The position numbers were made by a program, and so were the translations under genes. Below are positions 52,978 to 58,683 of a stretch of 58,683 nt of DNA, piece by piece. The notes beneath the pieces were generated by a model, which was given only the letters and a program-made list of their open reading frames with translations, ran no database searches and was not told the DNA's origin. Origin of the DNA: Gammaproteobacteria bacterium. Its GTDB lineage: Bacteria; Pseudomonadota; Gammaproteobacteria; Steroidobacterales; PWYM01. The stretch spans positions 1-58,683 of the forward strand of contig SKYU01000015.1 of assembly GCA_007127715.1 (NCBI GenBank), given 5' to 3'. How positions within the stretch are numbered: the first letter of the stretch is position 1; every line of letters begins with the position of its first letter.

Positions 52978-53388
52978 ATGCGCAGGAATTTCGCTGGGGC
53001 CGCGACCGAAGAGGAAGAGAATGAAATCAACATCACGCCGATGCTTGACGTGGTGTTCATCATGCTCATCTTTTTCATCGTCACGGCATCGTTCGTCAAG
53101 GAGGCGGGTATTGATGTCAACCGTCCGGATGCACAGACCGCTGTGCGTCAGGAGCGGGCCAACATCCTGATCGCGATCTCCGAGAACAACGAGATCTGGA
53201 TCGACCGTCGCCAGGTGGATCCGCGCGCTCTGCGCGCGAACATCGAGCGGCTGCATGCCGAAAATCCCGAAGGGTCCGTGGTGATCCAGGCGGACAAGAA
53301 GGCGGTGACCGAGACCCTGATCCAGGTCATGGACGCCGCTCGGCAGGCGGGCGTGTTCAACGTCTCGATCGCGGCTCAGGAGACCTGA
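52978..53388 (+). CDS. exbD: Biopolymer transport protein ExbD
   Basis: INITPMLDVVFIMLIFFIVT, VVIQADK, VMDAARQAG. Confidence 0.92.
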   Translation: MRRNFAGAATEEEENEINITPMLDVVFIMLIFFIVTASFVKEAGIDVNRPDAQTAVRQERANILIAISENNEIWIDRRQVDPRALRANIERLHAENPEGSVVIQADKKAVTETLIQVMDAARQAGVFNVSIAAQET

Positions 53389-53477
53389 GCCCGGGAGCGC
53401 GCGGACCGGGTACGTGTGGTGCGTATCCGGCCCCTGGTGCCCGTCACTTAACGGGTATCGAGCAGGAGGACTGAAAC

Positions 53478-54074
53478 ATGGTGAGAATCCTGATCTCCGT
53501 GGTAGTCGGCACCTTCGTCACCTTCACGCTGCTGTGGGTCATGCAGTACCTGATCGTGATGGGCGTCCCGGCATTGACTGACGACCGTACGTTCCGGTTT
53601 GTGGATTTCGTCCGTGTGCAGCGCGAGGAGCGCACGGAAACCCGCGAGGACCGCCCCGAGCGGCCGCCGGAGCCGGATGCCCCACCGCCTGACCAGCCGG
53701 ATCGGCAGATGGATGACATGGACATGGCAGCAGCTGCAGTCGGCGTCAGCGCGCCGACGGTGTCCCATGACATGGACATCGGCCGCGATGGCTTCTTCAG
53801 TGACGGCGAATACATGCCGATCGTGCAGGTGGCCCCCAACTACCCGCGTCGCGCTCAGATGCGAGGCCTCGAAGGCTGGGTGACCCTGGAGTTCGTGGTG
53901 ACTCGGCAGGGTACGGTGCGCGATCCCTTCGTGGTCGAGTCGTCGAACTCGATTTTCGAAAGCGCCGCGATCGATGCGGTCATGCGTTTCCGCTACCGGC
54001 CCAGGGTGATCGACGGTGAACCCGTGGATGTCCCGGGGGTCAGATTCCGTATTACCTTCCGTCTGGAAGACTGA
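53478..54074 (+). CDS. tonB: Energy transducer TonB
   Basis: N-terminal TM helix, Pro-rich linker, YPRRAQMRGLEGWV..EFVV..RFRYRPR C-domain; SD AGGAGG. Confidence 0.9.
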   Translation: MVRILISVVVGTFVTFTLLWVMQYLIVMGVPALTDDRTFRFVDFVRVQREERTETREDRPERPPEPDAPPPDQPDRQMDDMDMAAAAVGVSAPTVSHDMDIGRDGFFSDGEYMPIVQVAPNYPRRAQMRGLEGWVTLEFVVTRQGTVRDPFVVESSNSIFESAAIDAVMRFRYRPRVIDGEPVDVPGVRFRITFRLED

Positions 54075-54117
54075 GGCAGTACAGGTGCGACGAACGATTC
54101 GCGAGGAGGCGGCAGAA

Positions 54118-55443
54118 ATGGACACTTCAGCAACCCCCCGGAGCCGGACGCGGCCCATCGCTGCTGCGGTGGCCACGGCGTTCGTGCTGGCACTGGGCGT
54201 TGGCACGGGCAGTCTTGTGCCGGCGGGCAGTGCGATAGCGCAGGAAGAAGAGGAAACCCGTCAGGTTCAGGCCCTGCGTGAGCGGGTCTTCCAGGGCCTA
54301 TCGGCCGCGCAGGAGCGTCTGGAAGAAGAGGATTATGCCGGCGCGCGGCGCGAACTCGACCGCATCCGCACGATCGCAGATCTCAACAGCTACGAGCGTG
54401 GCCAGATCCTGTACTTCACCGGTCTGGTCGATTACCAGCAGGAAAACCTGCTCGCTGCGGTCAGCGCATTCGAGCAGGTCGTGGCTCTCCCGGATCTGCC
54501 GCAGGGCTTCCTGAACGACACACTCTGGACGCTGGTACAGCTGGCGATGGCCACGGAGCAGTACCAGAAGGCGCTGGAGTACGGTAACCGGTGGCTGGAG
54601 ACGGCCACGAACCCCGGCGGTGATCCGTTCTACCTGTTGGCTGTGGCGCATTACCAGCTCGAGCAGTATCGCCAGTCGGTGGACTACCTGAATCGGGCCA
54701 TCGAGATCGCCGAGCGCGATCGCGATGGGGGCGCACGTGAGGAATGGTTCGGTCTGCTGCGGGCCGGTTACTTCCAGCTCGAAGACACGGCGCGGCTGCG
54801 CGAGGTGCTTGAGCTGATGGTGACGCGCTGGCCGAAGAAAGAGTACTGGACGCATCTCTCGGCGGTGTATGGCGAGCTCGGGCTGCAGCGCCGGCAGGTG
54901 GCGGTGCTGGAGGCGATCTACGAGGACGGTCTCATGGACCGTGAAAACGAGATCGTGCAGTTGGCGCAGCTCTATATGCAGTCCGGAGGGCCTTACAAGG
55001 GGGCGAGAATCCTCGAGCGGGGCATGAACGACGGCATCGTCGAGGGTAACGAGCGTAACTATCGTCTGCTATCCCAGGCGTGGATGATGGCGCAGGACGA
55101 CCGTCGGGCCATCCCGCCGCTGCGGGAAGCGGCGCGACGCTCAGGCGACGGACAGCTTTACCTGCAGCTGGCACAGTCTCACCTGAATCTCGACCAGCAT
55201 CAGGAGTGCGTGGAGGCCGCCAGGGCCGGCTTGAATCGCGGCGGGTTGCGGCGCCCCGATACGGCAAATGTCGTACTGGGAATGTGCCTGTACGAGATGC
55301 AGCAGTACGAGCCCGCGAAGGCGGCGTTCCGTGCGGCCAGGACCGACGATCGCAGCCGGCGGACCGCGAACCAGTGGATCGAGTTCATCGATCGCGAAGT
55401 CGCGCGTCGGGAGGATCTGCGGCGCCAGATGGCGCGCAGTTGA
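54118..55443 (+). CDS. Exported tetratricopeptide-repeat protein (TtpD-like)
   Basis: Signal-like N-terminus, repeated helical TPR-like units; SD GAGGAGG; last gene of the TonB cluster. Confidence 0.78.
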   Translation: MDTSATPRSRTRPIAAAVATAFVLALGVGTGSLVPAGSAIAQEEEETRQVQALRERVFQGLSAAQERLEEEDYAGARRELDRIRTIADLNSYERGQILYFTGLVDYQQENLLAAVSAFEQVVALPDLPQGFLNDTLWTLVQLAMATEQYQKALEYGNRWLETATNPGGDPFYLLAVAHYQLEQYRQSVDYLNRAIEIAERDRDGGAREEWFGLLRAGYFQLEDTARLREVLELMVTRWPKKEYWTHLSAVYGELGLQRRQVAVLEAIYEDGLMDRENEIVQLAQLYMQSGGPYKGARILERGMNDGIVEGNERNYRLLSQAWMMAQDDRRAIPPLREAARRSGDGQLYLQLAQSHLNLDQHQECVEAARAGLNRGGLRRPDTANVVLGMCLYEMQQYEPAKAAFRAARTDDRSRRTANQWIEFIDREVARREDLRRQMARS

Positions 55444-55514
55444 AGTACCGCGCCATCGCCTAACCTGTCGCGAGCGGCCGCTGACGTGCCGCAGTGTTGG
55501 GATCCTACGGAATG

Positions 55515-55542
55515 AACGGGCCCGCAGTCGCGGGCCCGTTTT
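55515..55542 (+). terminator. Intrinsic terminator of the TonB cluster
   Basis: AACGGGCCCGC-AGTC-GCGGGCCCGTT followed by TT. Confidence 0.72.
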
Positions 55543-55645
55543 CGTCTGGGCGGCCACCACGGGGTGAACGGCGCGCAGCGGGTTTGCGCGCAGCACCGCC
55601 AGTCCCTAGAATCGCGCGGTTTTTCCACAACTTGAAGTGAGCAGC

Positions 55646-55966
55646 ATGCCCAAGGTCATTTACGTGCAGCCGGACGGCAGCCGGCGCGAGATCGAAGTCG
55701 AGGCCGGTCTGACGGTCATGGAAGGCGCAGTCAACAACGACGTCGACGGCATCGTCGCCGAGTGCGGTGGGGCGTGCGCGTGCGCGACCTGTCACGCCCA
55801 TATCGATGCGGCCTGGCTCGATCGAATGCCTGCTATGGACGATATGGAAGACTGCATGCTGGACGCGGCTTATGAGCGCAACGACGCCAGCCGGCTGACC
55901 TGCCAGATCGAGGTGACGGAGGCGCTGGACGGGCTGGTGGTGCACGTCGCGCAAAACGAGCATTGA
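55646..55966 (+). CDS. [2Fe-2S] ferredoxin, adrenodoxin/putidaredoxin type
   Basis: ECGGACACATCH and RLTCQI cysteine pattern. Confidence 0.92.
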   Translation: MPKVIYVQPDGSRREIEVEAGLTVMEGAVNNDVDGIVAECGGACACATCHAHIDAAWLDRMPAMDDMEDCMLDAAYERNDASRLTCQIEVTEALDGLVVHVAQNEH

Positions 55967-55981
55967 GCCTCACCGGCGGGC

Positions 55982-56809
55982 TCACGCGGAGAGTCCAGCC
56001 CACGCCATGCGCACGCCGGTGATGACCAGGAACAGCGCGAAGGCGTGACGCAGCATTCGCGACGACAGATGGTGTGCCAGGCGGACGCCCAGCGGTACCG
56101 CGAGCAGCATGGTGGGCAGGACGCAGGCGGCCGCCAGCAGGTTGACGTAGCCGAGTGAATACGGCGGCAGACCGGCGGTCTGCCACCCTGCGATGACGAA
56201 GCCTGCGGCGCCGGGCAGGGCGATCATCAGGCCGAGGGCCGAGGAGGTGCCCACGGCGCGCAGCAGAGGGATGCCGTACGCGGTCATCACCGGCACCGAC
56301 AGCGAGCCGCCGCCGATGCCCATGAGCGCCGAGAGGCCACCGATGCCTGCTGGAATGGCGTGACCGGCGGCGCCGGCCGGGAGGCGGTCGCCGAGTCGGA
56401 AGGTTTCCGGTGCCCACGCCAGCCAGGCGGCCATGCTGAGCACGAGGATGGCGAACACCAGCGCCAGGGCATCGCTGGTGAGCGTATGCGCGGCGATCAC
56501 GCCTGCGACGACACCGACCACCAACCCTGTGCTCCAGCGACGCAGAAGCCATCCCTGGACGGCACCGCGGCGATGATGCCCCAGCGCCGAGCGCAGCGAG
56601 GTCGGGATGATCAGCGCGAGCGACGTGCCGACGGAGACCTGCATGAGGTGGGTTTCCGTGGCGCCGGCGATCAGCAGGACCTGGTAGACCACCGGGACGA
56701 TGACCAGTCCGCCTCCCACGCCCAGCAGGCCGGCCAGCAGACCGGCCAGCAGACCGGCGATCACAAGGGCGGTCACCAGCCAGACGAGCTGCTGTGGGTC
56801 GAGAGTCAT
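55982..56809 (-). CDS. TauE/SafE family membrane transporter
   Basis: AGLLGVGGGLVIVP, GTSL, ALMGIGGG, AVGTSS; about 8 TM; start chosen at 56809. Confidence 0.85.
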   Translation of the reverse strand: MTLDPQQLVWLVTALVIAGLLAGLLAGLLGVGGGLVIVPVVYQVLLIAGATETHLMQVSVGTSLALIIPTSLRSALGHHRRGAVQGWLLRRWSTGLVVGVVAGVIAAHTLTSDALALVFAILVLSMAAWLAWAPETFRLGDRLPAGAAGHAIPAGIGGLSALMGIGGGSLSVPVMTAYGIPLLRAVGTSSALGLMIALPGAAGFVIAGWQTAGLPPYSLGYVNLLAAACVLPTMLLAVPLGVRLAHHLSSRMLRHAFALFLVITGVRMAWAGLSA

Positions 56810-56888
56810 GCCGTGCTCCATGCGGTTCGCGGCATTGTACGTGCGTTGCGTAGTAGCATGACGCAGCCCTTGCACCCGGGATGCGACG

Positions 56889-57551
56889 ATGTCGAGAAAG
56901 ACCCTCAATCTCACCCCCGAGTTGTACGACTATCTGCTGGAAGTCTCGCTACGGGAACCAGACCTGCTCCGGCATCTGCGCGAGGAGACTGCGCGGATGC
57001 CGGGTGCGAACATGCAGATCGCCCCGGAGCAGGGCCAGTTCATGCAGATGCTGGTTCGGCTGACGGGCGCGAGGCGCATCATCGAGGTGGGCGTGTACAC
57101 GGGCTACTCGAGTCTCTCCATGGCCCTGGCGATGCCCCCGGACGGCCACCTCCTCGCTTGTGATGTGAACGACGAATGGACCGGCGTTGCCCGCCGCTAC
57201 TGGGCCAAGGCGGGCGTGGCAGGCCGCATCAGCCTGCGTATTGCCCCTGCCGCGGAGACATTGCGCGCGCGCGTGGCTGCCGGTGAGGCCGGGCAGTGGG
57301 ATCTCGCGTTCATCGACGCCGACAAGGAAGGCTACGCGGAGTACTACGAACTGTGCCTGGCGCTGGTGCGCGCTGGCGGCGTGATCCTGTTCGACAACGT
57401 GCTCTGGGCAGGTGCGGTCGCCGATCCGCAGCGTCAGGACGCCGATACCCTGGCGCTGCGAGCCCTGAACCGCCAGCTGCACGCAGACCCGCGTATCGAT
57501 CTCAGCATGGTGCCGGTTGGCGACGGGTTGACCCTGGCGCGCAAGCGCTGA
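56889..57551 (+). CDS. SAM-dependent O-methyltransferase (caffeoyl-CoA OMT-like)
   Basis: MQIAPEQGQF, IEVGVYTGYS, FIDADK, DNVLWAG, GDGLTL. Confidence 0.92.
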   Translation: MSRKTLNLTPELYDYLLEVSLREPDLLRHLREETARMPGANMQIAPEQGQFMQMLVRLTGARRIIEVGVYTGYSSLSMALAMPPDGHLLACDVNDEWTGVARRYWAKAGVAGRISLRIAPAAETLRARVAAGEAGQWDLAFIDADKEGYAEYYELCLALVRAGGVILFDNVLWAGAVADPQRQDADTLALRALNRQLHADPRIDLSMVPVGDGLTLARKR

Positions 57552-57557
57552 ACCCCC

Positions 57558-58487
57558 TCAGCCGCTCCGCTCGATCAGCTCGATCAGCTCACCTGCCGCA
57601 CCGCGCAGAGTCATCGCACGGGCACCGCGGTAGGGAGGCAGCTCACTCGTGTAGATCGGCCCGATCGCGCTCGACAGGTGCGCAGAGAGATCGGGCACCT
57701 CGAAACTGACGATGGCCATGGCCGGTGGCAGGCTGCCCGTCGGGACGGTCCTGGCGACGGTCTGCGCAGGGTACTGATCGGCCTCGATGAAACTCTGGCC
57801 GGCCAGCGGCAGTGCGGAGAGCTCGTGCAGCTGATCGGCAGGCAGTCCGAGTGCCTCGGACAGCACGGTGATCTTGACCGGCATCACCGGGGCTTCCGGC
57901 ACGGCGAACCGCGACTGATAGAACTGTCGCAACGCCGAGAGATCCGGCCCGCCGAGGATGACGATAAAGCACCGGTCCACCGGGCAGAGGGGTTCGGGCG
58001 TATCGAACTCCTCCAGGCGACGCTTGAACTGCGTCAGGTACACGACCTCGCCGGCCGGCCCCTCGATCTGCATCGCACGAATGGCGTCGGTGAACGAGAG
58101 ATCCTCGGGCGGCCCGATGATCCGGAAGGGCGAGTCGGCCAGCCGGGCTGCCAGGTCGTCGACGTCCTGGACGATCAGCTCCGTGGCGTTCCAGCCCCAT
58201 GTCGTCAGGGCCCGGTAGTCGTCGCTGGGACCGGCGACGAAACGGAACCAGTAGCCGCTGTCATGGGCCGGGGTGAGCAGAATCGACCTCGCGCCGGCCT
58301 GCGCGGGTGCTGCCCAGCTTTCGGCCAGCGCCTGGCTGACCGGCCCGTCACTGCCCGGTACGTCGCGGTAGTCCAGCCACTCGCGGTACAGCGCGGCCAG
58401 TGCGTCGGGATCTTCGGCGGTCACGGTCACGCAGCGGATCGGGCCGAGGTCGGGCGTGCTCATGGCGTGCTCTGCAGACGCGCTCAT
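57558..58487 (-). CDS. VOC / glyoxalase-like protein
   Basis: Repeated beta-alpha-beta-beta-beta-like modules (WNATELIVQDVDDL, GPAGEVVYL, GAAGELIELIE); ATGA overlap with the upstream gene. Confidence 0.65.
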   Translation of the reverse strand: MSASAEHAMSTPDLGPIRCVTVTAEDPDALAALYREWLDYRDVPGSDGPVSQALAESWAAPAQAGARSILLTPAHDSGYWFRFVAGPSDDYRALTTWGWNATELIVQDVDDLAARLADSPFRIIGPPEDLSFTDAIRAMQIEGPAGEVVYLTQFKRRLEEFDTPEPLCPVDRCFIVILGGPDLSALRQFYQSRFAVPEAPVMPVKITVLSEALGLPADQLHELSALPLAGQSFIEADQYPAQTVARTVPTGSLPPAMAIVSFEVPDLSAHLSSAIGPIYTSELPPYRGARAMTLRGAAGELIELIERSG

Positions 58488-58683
58488 GCCGACAGGGCTT
58501 CCAGGTAGGCCAGCACCTCGTCGAGCCCCTTGACCTCGGCATACTTCGCCTGCAGGTCGAAGAGATTGGCCTCGTGCGGCCCAGGGTCCCGGTCGCCGAC
58601 GGCCTCGCGTACCACGACCGGGATGAATCCGTGCTGCACGGCATCGACGGTGGAGGCCCGCACGCAGCCTGAGGTCGACAGAC
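58484..58683 (-). CDS. Isochorismatase-family amidohydrolase (N-carbamoylsarcosine/maleamate amidase-like), C-terminal part; 5' truncated by window edge
   Basis: Minus frame reads LSTSGCVRASTVDAVQHGFIPVVVREAVGDRDPGPHEANLFDLQAKYAEV...ALSA* with the catalytic Cys motif; not in the ORF track. Confidence 0.88.
   Translation of the reverse strand, partial: LSTSGCVRASTVDAVQHGFIPVVVREAVGDRDPGPHEANLFDLQAKYAEVKGLDEVLAYLEALSA

Noticed and set aside
55621-55629. TTTTCCACA matches the DnaA-box consensus upstream of the ferredoxin
   Set aside because: Single 9-mer with no cluster and no oriC context

Overview
High-GC bacterial chromosomal window, most consistent with a gammaproteobacterium. This is inferred from the ihfA-merR-tRNA-Pro block, the trpR-like/hisGDCBHAF operon, the LysC-LysA fusion and the six-gene TonB2-type cluster. 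It is mostly core metabolism: infC-rpmI-rplT-pheST-ihfA-merR-tRNA-Pro(GGG); a ppk2/pit phosphate locus; ilvD and the aspartate kinase/DAP decarboxylase fusion; a his operon back-to-back with a SAM-I riboswitch-controlled metB-metY-metX operon; a leu operon under a leader-peptide attenuator; an acyl-CoA dehydrogenase cluster; and a TonB2-like energizer. I found no CRISPR array, integrase, transposase or rRNA. The most notable observations are: (1) a divergent class III nucleotidyl cyclase with non-AC/non-GC specificity residues, tail-to-tail with a Walker-less ExeA-like/FHA fusion; (2) a SAM-I riboswitch whose translational switch can be read from the sequence and appears to use the 5' strand of P1; (3) a complete Leu attenuator whose leader peptide appears leaderless; (4) a his operon with a catalytically degenerate HisB phosphatase domain and no hisI; (5) a 14/15-identical motif shared by the ppk2 and pit upstream regions; (6) a sigma54 promoter with an SD-covering palindrome ahead of a GGDEF gene. 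All family assignments come from recognising motifs by eye; no database search was run.
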